Position numbers and translations under genes: made by a program. Positions 19,132 through 28,362 of a DNA stretch of 64,000 nucleotides are shown piece after piece. The first letter of the stretch is position 1, and each line of letters starts with the position of its first letter. Source of the stretch: an uncultured Muribaculaceae bacterium. GTDB taxonomy: Bacteria; Bacillota_I; Bacilli_A; RF39; UBA660. Location of the stretch: contig CAYJEI010000001.1 of assembly GCA_964369155.1 (NCBI GenBank), forward strand, positions 607-64,606, in the 5' to 3' direction. The notes beneath the pieces are model-generated. The model saw nothing but the letters and a program-made list of their open reading frames with translations, had not been told where the DNA came from and made no database searches.

Positions 19132-20914
19132 AGGACCAGGAAGTGGTGCAGTAGTAACTGAAAAACCACAAAATTTTAAAATTGCAATATCAAAACTTGT
19201 TAAAAGTTTAGGAAAATATAAAGTTTCCTTAATTATTTCAATGGTTTTTGCACTAGGTGGTTCAATATTATCTATAATAGGTCCTAATCAAATTAGTAAA
19301 ATTACAGATACTATTGGAGAAGGTTTAATGACTAGTATAGATACTGATTATATAAAAGGTATAGCTATAATGTTGTTTTGTATATACGGAGGAAGTTTCT
19401 TACTTTCAACTATTCAAGGATTTATTGCATCGAGTGTAGCACAAAGATATTGTGAAGATTTAAGAAACAAAGTTGCTAATAAACTTAATAATATTCCACT
19501 AAAATTTTTTGATAAAAATAAAACAGGAGATATTTTATCAGTAGCGACAAATGATATTGACGTAATAAGTCAATCATTAAATCAAAGTTTAGGCTCACTG
19601 ATTTCATCTATTTTCCTGCTTATAGCAGTTATAATTATGATGTTTTCAACAAATGTTTTAATGACAATAACTGCAATTATTGCATCGTTCATAGGTTTTG
19701 GAGTAATGGGATTTATCTTATCAAAATCACAAAAATATTTTGATAGACAGCAAAAAGAATTAGGTGTTTTAAATGGACATATAGAAGAAATTTACTCTTC
19801 ACACTCCGTCGTTAAAGTATATAATGCTACAGATGAAGCCAAAGAAAATTTTGAAAAATATAATAATGATTTATTTGATTCGGCAATGAAAAGTCAATTT
19901 TTATCAGGACTTATGATGCCACTTATGAATTTTATAGGTAACTTTGGTTATGCTGCAGTTTGTGTTGTTGGAGCTTATTTAACATTCGAAGGGCATATTA
20001 CTATAGGTGTTATTATTGCATATATGATATATATAAGATTATTTACACAACCTTTATCTAATATTGCTCAAGCGGCATCTTCGCTACAATCTTTAACAGC
20101 AGCATTTGAAAGAGTGAATAAACTTCTAGCAGAAGAAGAACTATCAGATGAAAGTGACAAAAAAAATGTTTTAAATCCAGAAAAAATAAATGGAGATATA
20201 ACATTTAAAAATGTAATGTTTGGTTATAACAATGATAAAATAATAATTGATGATTTTTCATTAGATGTTAAACCAGGACAAAAAGTTGCTATTGTAGGTC
20301 CAACAGGAGCTGGTAAAACAACACTAGTTAATTTACTAATGAGATTTTATGAAATTAATAATGGTAGTATAGAAATCGATAATGTTGATATTCAAGATAT
20401 TACACGTGAAAATGTATATGATTTATTTTGTATGGTACTGCAAGATACTTGGCTTTTTGAAGGAACTATATTAGAAAATGTTAAATATAATCAAAATAAC
20501 GTAACAGATGAAGAAGCAAAAAAAGCTTGTAAAATGGTTGGTATTGATCATTTAATAAAATCACTACCAAATGGATATAATACTATTTTATCTGATGCTG
20601 ATAGTTTATCAGCAGGAGAAAAACAACTTTTAACAATTGCAAGAGGAATGTTAAAAAAATCACCATTTTTAATACTTGACGAAGCAACAAGTAATGTAGA
20701 TACAAGAACTGAAAAGTTGGTTCAAGAAGCAATGGATAAACTAACAGTAGGTAAAACTTCATTTATAATTGCTCATAGACTTTCTACAATAAAGAATGCT
20801 GATATTATATTAGTACTTAAAAATGGAAATATTTTAGAACAAGGAAATCATGAAAACTTACTTGCTAAAAATGGTTTTTATGCAGAACTTTACAATTCTC
20901 AGTTTGAAAATTAA
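19124..20914 (+). CDS. ABC exporter, fused permease/ATPase subunit 2
   Basis: Walker A GPTGAGKTT, signature LSAGEKQL; overlaps upstream gene. Confidence 0.9.
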   Translation: MSRGPGSGAVVTEKPQNFKIAISKLVKSLGKYKVSLIISMVFALGGSILSIIGPNQISKITDTIGEGLMTSIDTDYIKGIAIMLFCIYGGSFLLSTIQGFIASSVAQRYCEDLRNKVANKLNNIPLKFFDKNKTGDILSVATNDIDVISQSLNQSLGSLISSIFLLIAVIIMMFSTNVLMTITAIIASFIGFGVMGFILSKSQKYFDRQQKELGVLNGHIEEIYSSHSVVKVYNATDEAKENFEKYNNDLFDSAMKSQFLSGLMMPLMNFIGNFGYAAVCVVGAYLTFEGHITIGVIIAYMIYIRLFTQPLSNIAQAASSLQSLTAAFERVNKLLAEEELSDESDKKNVLNPEKINGDITFKNVMFGYNNDKIIIDDFSLDVKPGQKVAIVGPTGAGKTTLVNLLMRFYEINNGSIEIDNVDIQDITRENVYDLFCMVLQDTWLFEGTILENVKYNQNNVTDEEAKKACKMVGIDHLIKSLPNGYNTILSDADSLSAGEKQLLTIARGMLKKSPFLILDEATSNVDTRTEKLVQEAMDKLTVGKTSFIIAHRLSTIKNADIILVLKNGNILEQGNHENLLAKNGFYAELYNSQFEN

Positions 20915-20954
20915 ATAAATTATGATAAACTTAATATAAGGAGAGTGAATAAAT

Positions 20955-21686
20955 ATGTTTATAGGAGAAAATCCAATTCATATAAAATGTGAAAATAAAA
21001 GTGATATAGCTGAATTAGTAATTATGCCTGGAGATCCACTTAGAGCTAAATATGTAGCAGAAAACTTTTTAGAAAATGCCAAACAAGTAACAAGTGTTAG
21101 AAACATGTTAGGCTTTACAGGTATGTATAAAGGAAAAAAAGTAACAGTTATGGCACATGGTATGGGTATGGCTTCAGCAGGAATATATGTTTTTGAACTT
21201 ATACATTACTTTAATGTAAAAAAAATTATAAGATTTGGAACATGCGGTGTAGTTGATAGTTCAGTTGAAATACCAGAAATTATTTTAGCAGATAATTGTT
21301 ATACAGAGTCAAACTTTGCTTATCAATTTAATGGATATAAGGGATGCGAAGTAAAACCAAGTACTACATTAAACGAAAAAATAATAAAAAGTGCTAAAGA
21401 ACTTAATCAAAAAGTTCATGTAGGTACGATGATGACAATGGATGTCTTTGGTCCATATGTTGATTCGGACGCTGCTTTAGCAAGAATACCTGAGGGAATA
21501 AAACCACTTGGAGAAGAAATGGAAGCATTTGGTATAGTTCATATAGCAAACTCAATGGGAATTGAAGCAACAGCAATGGCAACAGCAGTAGATTCGAAGT
21601 TTAGTGAAATAGTACTATCAATTAATGAAAGAGAAAAATCACTAAATGATATGATAACTTTAGCGCTTGAATCAATTATAAAGTAG
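20955..21686 (+). CDS. deoD: Purine nucleoside phosphorylase DeoD-type
   Basis: PGDPLRAKYVAE motif. Confidence 0.85.
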   Translation: MFIGENPIHIKCENKSDIAELVIMPGDPLRAKYVAENFLENAKQVTSVRNMLGFTGMYKGKKVTVMAHGMGMASAGIYVFELIHYFNVKKIIRFGTCGVVDSSVEIPEIILADNCYTESNFAYQFNGYKGCEVKPSTTLNEKIIKSAKELNQKVHVGTMMTMDVFGPYVDSDAALARIPEGIKPLGEEMEAFGIVHIANSMGIEATAMATAVDSKFSEIVLSINEREKSLNDMITLALESIIK

Positions 21687-21693
21687 GTGTAAG

Positions 21694-22026
21694 ATGGCTA
21701 AGGAAGAAAAAAAAGAAGAAGCAAAAACAGAAGTGTTTGATGATATAATAAAATATAACAAACTAGGTTGGCTTAGAGTGTTAACAAATATAGTAGTATG
21801 GCTTGCATTAATATTTTTATCAATCACATCAATCATAGCATTTACAAATTTCACTTATATAAATGATCAAAAAGATCCATACTGGTACTTTGATAAAGAA
21901 GAATATACAAAAGATAATAAACAAATAACATCATACAACTACTTTGTTTTTAAAGTAGTTGAAGTTGAATCAACTGACGAGAGATCAGTTAATTTAACAT
22001 TTGTATTTATAAGTGATTCAAATTAA
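21694..22026 (+). CDS. Small membrane protein
   Basis: Acidic/K-rich N-term then one TM. Confidence 0.5.
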   Translation: MAKEEKKEEAKTEVFDDIIKYNKLGWLRVLTNIVVWLALIFLSITSIIAFTNFTYINDQKDPYWYFDKEEYTKDNKQITSYNYFVFKVVEVESTDERSVNLTFVFISDSN

Positions 22027-22054
22027 AAAAAAGATGAAAACAAAATCATCTTTT

Positions 22055-23410
22055 TTACTTGTTATAAGTTTTAATTATTTCTGAAAAATAACTATATAAT
22101 TTATCTTTATCAGACTCGGTATCTCCTTCAGCTCTAAATATCAAGTTAGGACCAGTATTACTTGCTCTTATAAGTACCCATCCTCTATCAAAAAATATTT
22201 TGACTCCATCAATATCTGAAAATTTAAAACCTTTTTTCCTAGCGTATTCTTTAATGTTTTCCACTACAATAAATTTATACTCGTCTCTGGCTTTTACCTT
22301 AATTTCATCAGTAATTGGGTATTTTTTAATATCACTTGTTATTTGGGATAAAGTACCTTCAGTTTTACTTAATAATTCGCATAGTCTAAGAGAAGCGTAT
22401 ATACCACTACCTATATCGGCTACTTTGTCTCTAAAGAAAATATGCCCTGAAAATTCTCCTCCAAAAAGTATATTTTCTTTGTGTGCTTCATTTTGAGTGT
22501 AACTGGCACCAGTTCTAAACATATAAGGGATAGCTCCGAGTTTTAAAATTTCTTCTTCTAAAATTTTTGAACATTTTACATCATATAAAAATTTCTTGTT
22601 ATCAGCAGTAGGTGATATTGATCTTATCATTAAAATCATAAATTCTTCAATGGACATAATTTCACCATTTTCTTTTACAAAACCAGTTCTATCACCATCA
22701 CCATCATATGCAATACCAAAATCAGCATTATTTTTTTTAACAGCTTCTTGTAGCTGTGCTAAATTAGCTTTAACAGCAGGATCAGGATGATGATTAGGGA
22801 AATTTCCATCATTATCTCCGTTTATAATAACATAATCTATTTTAAAGCTATCGAATATTTTTTTTGCAACAACAGTAGTTGCACCATTTCCGCAGTCAAT
22901 AACTACTTTTCTTCGCCTGGGCCCAATATCAATTCCTTTTTTCATATAATCAATATATTTATCAACCATATTAGATTCTTCAAGTTGACCACTTCCTGTC
23001 AAAAATTGCCCAGCAAAAGTGAAATTTCTGAAATCTTCAATTTCTTTTCCAGCGGCATTTGAGGGACCTCCAAATGAAAATTTTAAACCATTATCATCTT
23101 TAGGATTATGACTTGCTGTTATCATTGCCCCAAATAATTGATTTAAATACCTTGCATAAAAATTCATCGGTGTAGTTGTAAGACCATAGTCAATTACATT
23201 ACATCCAGTTTCAATAACACCTTTAATAAAGTTTGTAGCTAAACTTTCACTAGATAACCTATTATCTCTAGATACTATACATTTTTTTTGTCCAAATTTA
23301 CTTTGAATATAAGAACCATAACTTTTTCCAAGTGTATAAAAAGTCTCCTCATTAAGTTCACTAGGATAAACACCTCTTATATCATATTCTCTAAATATTT
23401 TATTTTCCAT
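22055..23410 (-). CDS. Phosphomannomutase/phosphoglucomutase (alpha-D-phosphohexomutase)
   Basis: FREYDIRG start, TASHNP active-site loop. Confidence 0.85.
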   Translation of the reverse strand: MENKIFREYDIRGVYPSELNEETFYTLGKSYGSYIQSKFGQKKCIVSRDNRLSSESLATNFIKGVIETGCNVIDYGLTTTPMNFYARYLNQLFGAMITASHNPKDDNGLKFSFGGPSNAAGKEIEDFRNFTFAGQFLTGSGQLEESNMVDKYIDYMKKGIDIGPRRRKVVIDCGNGATTVVAKKIFDSFKIDYVIINGDNDGNFPNHHPDPAVKANLAQLQEAVKKNNADFGIAYDGDGDRTGFVKENGEIMSIEEFMILMIRSISPTADNKKFLYDVKCSKILEEEILKLGAIPYMFRTGASYTQNEAHKENILFGGEFSGHIFFRDKVADIGSGIYASLRLCELLSKTEGTLSQITSDIKKYPITDEIKVKARDEYKFIVVENIKEYARKKGFKFSDIDGVKIFFDRGWVLIRASNTGPNLIFRAEGDTESDKDKLYSYFSEIIKTYNK

Positions 23411-23504
23411 TTTTATCACCATAAAATAATTTTATCATAAATTAAATAATTTTGTAACAATCTCATAATCATTTACAATTATAAATGTAAATGGTATACT
23501 TTAG

Positions 23505-24284
23505 TTGGTGGTAATAATGAAAATAAAACAAAAAAAAGAATTAAGGAATTTAACTATCTATGTTGTTCTTAGATTTTTAGTTATTTTAACAGCGATTTTT
23601 CAATTTCTAGATAGAAACTATGAAAATGTATTTAGTTGTATTCTTGTGCTTTTTCTTTTTACACTTCCTACTTTCATAGAAAAAAGAATGAAAGTTGACT
23701 TGCCAAATATGCTTGAATCTACAATATACATATTTATTTTTAGTGCAATGATTTTAGGAGAAATAAGAAATTTTTATGGACTAATACCAATTTGGGATAC
23801 ATTGCTTCACACGCTTAACGGATTTATATTTGCTGGAGTAGGGTTTGCATTAGTAGATATTTTAAATAAAAATGACAAAACTAAAATTTATTTATCTCCT
23901 ATATACATGGTGATTGTTGCAATAAGTTTTTCAATTACGATAGGTACGGTCTGGGAATTTTTTGAATACGGAATGGACGTGCACACTGCAACAGACATGC
24001 AAAAAGACGATTTACATACAAGTATAAGTAGTGTTTATATTAATGAAGATGGTATGAATGTTCCGGTTATAATAAATGATATTGAAAAAACAGTAATTCA
24101 CTATGAAAATGGTAAAGAAGTAACTATCAATAACGGTTACTTAGATATTGGTCTTCAAGATACAATGAAAGATATGATTGTAAATGCCATCGGAGCTATT
24201 GTGTTTTCGATTTTTGGCTACTTTTACGTAATTAATAATGAGAAATATGAATTTGCTAAAAATTTTATTCCAAAAAAACTTTGA
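23505..24284 (+). CDS. Multi-pass membrane protein, unknown function
   Basis: 259 aa, about 6 TM. Confidence 0.5.
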   Translation: MVVIMKIKQKKELRNLTIYVVLRFLVILTAIFQFLDRNYENVFSCILVLFLFTLPTFIEKRMKVDLPNMLESTIYIFIFSAMILGEIRNFYGLIPIWDTLLHTLNGFIFAGVGFALVDILNKNDKTKIYLSPIYMVIVAISFSITIGTVWEFFEYGMDVHTATDMQKDDLHTSISSVYINEDGMNVPVIINDIEKTVIHYENGKEVTINNGYLDIGLQDTMKDMIVNAIGAIVFSIFGYFYVINNEKYEFAKNFIPKKL

Positions 24285-24412
24285 AAAGTGTAATATGATA
24301 CACTTTTTTTCTTTTAAAAAAATATAGTTATATGTTATAATATATTATATAAATGATTTGATATGTTACTAGAAATTAGAATATTAAATCTAGAAAGCTA
24401 TGGAGTTTAATT

Positions 24413-24931
24413 ATGAATTTATTCGCACCAGATATGTATCAGCAATCAGTATATAAAATTAATTACAATAAACTTAAAATTCAAGGTATAAAATGTCTGT
24501 TATTTGACCTTGATAATACACTTGTTTCATATAAAGAGCATGAGCCATCAAAAAAATTAAAAGAATTTATGGCTCTTTTATCAGAAGATTTTAAGGTAAT
24601 TATTATCTCCAATAATACTAAAGAAAGAGTTAGACCATTTAAAGAGGGATTAAATGTAGATGCAGCTCATTCTTCTAAAAAACCGCTTAAAACAAAATAT
24701 AAAAAAATTCTATCTTTATATAAATACAAAGCAAATGAAATAGCATGCATAGGTGATCAAATAATGACTGATATACTAGGAGCTAATCGTAATCAAATGC
24801 TATCAATTTTAGTTAATTCAGTAGGTAGTGAGGAACCAATAAATACAAAATTTAACAGATTTTGGGAACGTTTAGTGTTAAAATCACTAAATAAAAAAGG
24901 AATTTTATTTAAAGGTGAATACTATGAGTAA
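24413..24931 (+). CDS. yqeG: YqeG-family HAD phosphatase
   Basis: FDLDNTL motif, size 172 aa. Confidence 0.75.
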   Translation: MNLFAPDMYQQSVYKINYNKLKIQGIKCLLFDLDNTLVSYKEHEPSKKLKEFMALLSEDFKVIIISNNTKERVRPFKEGLNVDAAHSSKKPLKTKYKKILSLYKYKANEIACIGDQIMTDILGANRNQMLSILVNSVGSEEPINTKFNRFWERLVLKSLNKKGILFKGEYYE

Positions 24932-26639
24932 AATTGAGGTAATGAGTGATCATTTAGCAAATAAAATAGCTGCTGGAGAAGTAATAGAAAGAACTTTATC
25001 TGTAGTTAAAGAGCTCGTTGAAAATTCTCTAGATGCAAAAGCTCATACAATAAAGGTAAATTTACTTGATAGTGGACTAAAAAAAATCGAAGTTATTGAT
25101 GACGGTATAGGAATGGATGAAAAAGATGCACTATTATGTTTTGAAAGGCACGCAACTAGCAAGATAAAAAAAGATGAAGATTTATTTTTTATAGGTACAC
25201 TAGGTTTTAGAGGAGAAGCTCTTCCATCAATAGCGTCGGTATCAGAAGTAATACTTATTACTAGTCAAGGTAATGTAGGAACTAAAATTCATCTAAAAGG
25301 TGGTAAATTAATTTGTAAAGAGCAAAGTGATGCCAGAGTTGGAACAGCTATAACAGTATCTAACTTATTTTATAATACACCAGCAAGGCTTAAATTTTTA
25401 AAATCAGAGAGTAGTGAGCTGAGTAACACAACAATGCTTATTGAAAAGTTAGCATTATCACATCCAAATGTTTCTTTTACTCTTACAAATAATGAAAAAG
25501 TAATTATTAAAACAAGTGGAAGTAATAATTTACATAAAACAATACATGAAATATATGGAATGAATATATCAAGTAACATGTTATCAATACATATTTCAAA
25601 TGATGATTACATTGTATCTGGTTTTATATCAAAACCCAGCATTCAAAAAACAAATAGAAATGATATGACAACATTTGTTAATGAAAGATTAGTAAAAAAC
25701 ATTGATATAAATAGAGCAATAAACGAGGCATATTATACATATAAACCACATGACAGGTATCCAGTCGTTATTCTAAATATTGAAACTGACCCAACTCTTA
25801 TGGATGTAAATATCCATCCAACAAAACAGGATATTAAATTATCAAAAATGACAGATTTAACTGACATGATTTACAAAGGAATAAAAGATTTATTATATTC
25901 TAACATATTAGTGCCAACGGCAGAACTTAAAGAAGTAGCGCCAGAAGAAATTGTTGAGGAAAAGTATGAATCAAATATAATAATTACCCAAACAGCTCTA
26001 GATTTTAGTGTAGAAAGCAGTAACGAAGAGCATGTTGTTATAAATAAAGAACTTCAAAAGTTAATTTTATATCCAGTAGGGCTTGTACATGGAACATATA
26101 TTATTGCAGAAAATGAAAATGGTATGTATATAGTTGACCAACATGCCGCAGCAGAGCGAGTTAGATATGAGACATATATGGCAAATTTAAAAGAAAAAAA
26201 ATTTAATATAAAAGAAATGATGTTTCCTGTAACAATAGAATTTACTGCTAGTGATTATATGAAATTTCAAACTAAAGAAAAACATTTTATAGATTTAGGT
26301 TTTACATATGAGGAATTTGGTATTAATACAATATTAGTTAAGAGTCACCCAGATTATTTATTAGAAGGTTATGAAGAAGAATCAATAAGAAAAATAATTG
26401 ATTTGATTATAAATATAAATAAAGACTTTGACAGAGTCAAGTTTCAAGAAAAGGTTGCTATTACCCTTGCTTGTAAAATGAGCATAAAAGCAAACCATAA
26501 AAGCTCACACGCGGAAATGGAATTTTTTCTAAACGAGTTAGTTAAATGTGACAATCCATATAATTGTCCGCACGGAAGACCTGCTATTGTTACATATTCA
26601 GGATATGATTTAGAAAAAATGTTTAAAAGAGTAGTTTAA
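24927..26639 (+). CDS. mutL: DNA mismatch repair protein MutL
   Basis: LANKIAAGEVIER...ELVENSLDA GHKL ATPase motifs. Confidence 0.9.
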   Translation, partial: SKIEVMSDHLANKIAAGEVIERTLSVVKELVENSLDAKAHTIKVNLLDSGLKKIEVIDDGIGMDEKDALLCFERHATSKIKKDEDLFFIGTLGFRGEALPSIASVSEVILITSQGNVGTKIHLKGGKLICKEQSDARVGTAITVSNLFYNTPARLKFLKSESSELSNTTMLIEKLALSHPNVSFTLTNNEKVIIKTSGSNNLHKTIHEIYGMNISSNMLSIHISNDDYIVSGFISKPSIQKTNRNDMTTFVNERLVKNIDINRAINEAYYTYKPHDRYPVVILNIETDPTLMDVNIHPTKQDIKLSKMTDLTDMIYKGIKDLLYSNILVPTAELKEVAPEEIVEEKYESNIIITQTALDFSVESSNEEHVVINKELQKLILYPVGLVHGTYIIAENENGMYIVDQHAAAERVRYETYMANLKEKKFNIKEMMFPVTIEFTASDYMKFQTKEKHFIDLGFTYEEFGINTILVKSHPDYLLEGYEEESIRKIIDLIININKDFDRVKFQEKVAITLACKMSIKANHKSSHAEMEFFLNELVKCDNPYNCPHGRPAIVTYSGYDLEKMFKRVV

Positions 26640-26648
26640 AGGAGGAAT

Positions 26649-26861
26649 ATGAATATTTTAAAAATTGTTTTAGTAATAATTGTTGTATACGCATTACTTA
26701 GTATTTTGTGGCCAGTATTATTATTTCTACTAATAATAGGAATAATTTATATTATATTTAAAAAGAATAATGTTGTTAATATTAACATTACTAAAAATGA
26801 AAAAACAAAAAATAAAAAAGATGATGTAATGGAAGCATCATTTACTGAAAAGGAAAATTAA
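26649..26861 (+). CDS. Small membrane protein
   Basis: 70 aa, one TM. Confidence 0.4.
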   Translation: MNILKIVLVIIVVYALLSILWPVLLFLLIIGIIYIIFKKNNVVNINITKNEKTKNKKDDVMEASFTEKEN

Positions 26862-26862
26862 T

Positions 26863-27132
26863 ATGTTTTGTAACAAATGTGGAAGTGCCTTATCACAAAA
26901 TTCAATGATTTGCCCAAAATGTGGAACTCTTATAACTAAAGAACAGTCTAACATGTTTAAAGAAATGAGAAAAGAAGCAGAAAAGAAAGGCAAAATAGAA
27001 TACAATAGTTCCAAATTCGGAGTAAATAGAGATATAAATTATAGATCTGATGATAAAGGTAAATATATTATGTTATATATAATAATAGGACTTATATTTA
27101 TAGCATTACTGGTTATACTACTTATAGGGTAG
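26863..27132 (+). CDS. Zinc-ribbon protein with C-terminal TM
   Basis: CNKCG...CPKCG. Confidence 0.5.
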   Translation: MFCNKCGSALSQNSMICPKCGTLITKEQSNMFKEMRKEAEKKGKIEYNSSKFGVNRDINYRSDDKGKYIMLYIIIGLIFIALLVILLIG

Positions 27133-27142
27133 GTAATCAGTA

Positions 27143-27652
27143 ATGTTTTTAATTTGTTTAAAAATTTTTCTAGCAAGAATTGTAGATGTTTCGATAGGTA
27201 CTGCAAGAACTATTTTAATGGTTCGTGGTAAAAGAAAAATAACTGCAGTATTAGCATTTTTTGAAGTAATAATATGGTTTTATATAGCAAGAGAAGCATT
27301 AGATAGTGCCAGTAAAAGTATATTTATACCTATTTCTTATGCTGGAGGTTTTGCAGCAGGAACTTATATAGGAACATTTTTAACAAACAAATTTATAAAT
27401 GGTTATATAGGGGTGCAAGTAACAACTAAAATAGATAATGACAAACTAATTAATAAACTCAGAAGTGAAGGATATGGAGTATCAGTAGTAAATTTAAAAA
27501 AAGAAAAAAATAAAGTTAGGAAAGATATGCTATTTATAGAAATTAAAAAGAAAAGTTTAGACAATTTAGTAAAAATAGTAAAAAATGATGATAAAAAAGC
27601 CTTCATAGTAGTAAATGACCGTAAATATGTTCAAAACGGGATTGTTAAATAA
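27143..27652 (+). CDS. DUF2179/UPF0316-like membrane protein
   Basis: 169 aa, 2-3 TM + soluble C-domain. Confidence 0.5.
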   Translation: MFLICLKIFLARIVDVSIGTARTILMVRGKRKITAVLAFFEVIIWFYIAREALDSASKSIFIPISYAGGFAAGTYIGTFLTNKFINGYIGVQVTTKIDNDKLINKLRSEGYGVSVVNLKKEKNKVRKDMLFIEIKKKSLDNLVKIVKNDDKKAFIVVNDRKYVQNGIVK

Positions 27653-27691
27653 TACTATCTAATGTATAATTAAATATACATTGGAGGCATT

Positions 27692-28267
27692 ATGAAAGAT
27701 AAAGTATTTGAAAAGGAATTAAGCTATATAAAAAACGAAAAAATAAAAAAAGCAGCCATCCTTCTTCTTAACCTTTTACCAGATTATTTCTTTGAAATAC
27801 CAGCATCATCAACAGGAAAGTATCATCCGAGCTACGCACTTGGTGAAGCTGGTCTAGTAAGACACACAAAGGTAGTAGTAAGAATCGGTTATGAGCTCCT
27901 ATCAAATAATAGTATTAATGGAGCATATACTAGTGATGAAAAAGATCTACTTATGTTAGCAATGCTTCTTCATGATGGATTTAAATCTGGAATTACAAAA
28001 GAAAAATATACAAGAGTAGACCATCCACTTTTAGTAGCAAACTTTATAAATGATAACAAGGAAAAATTAGATTTATCTGATGAGTATATAAATCTTTTAA
28101 AAGATTCAATAGCATCACATATGGGAGAATGGAATACTGATTTTAAAGGAAATGAAGTCTTGCCTAAGCCAACAAGTAAATATCAAAGGTTTGTACATAT
28201 GTGTGACTATTTAGCAAGTAAAAAATTTATTGAAGTAAGTTTTGAGAATAACGATATATTAAATTAA
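27692..28267 (+). CDS. HD-domain phosphohydrolase
   Basis: H...HD motif (LLHDGFK). Confidence 0.7.
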   Translation: MKDKVFEKELSYIKNEKIKKAAILLLNLLPDYFFEIPASSTGKYHPSYALGEAGLVRHTKVVVRIGYELLSNNSINGAYTSDEKDLLMLAMLLHDGFKSGITKEKYTRVDHPLLVANFINDNKEKLDLSDEYINLLKDSIASHMGEWNTDFKGNEVLPKPTSKYQRFVHMCDYLASKKFIEVSFENNDILN

Positions 28268-28298
28268 ATACAGAAATAAAAATCTGTATTTTTTTATT
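28264..28298 (+). terminator. Rho-independent terminator
   Basis: ATACAGA-aataaaa-TCTGTAT + T7. Confidence 0.65.
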
Positions 28299-28362
28299 GG
28301 AAAATATAGAAAAGTTTTAATCAATATGATATACTGAATTTATAAAAATAGGAGAGAGTAAG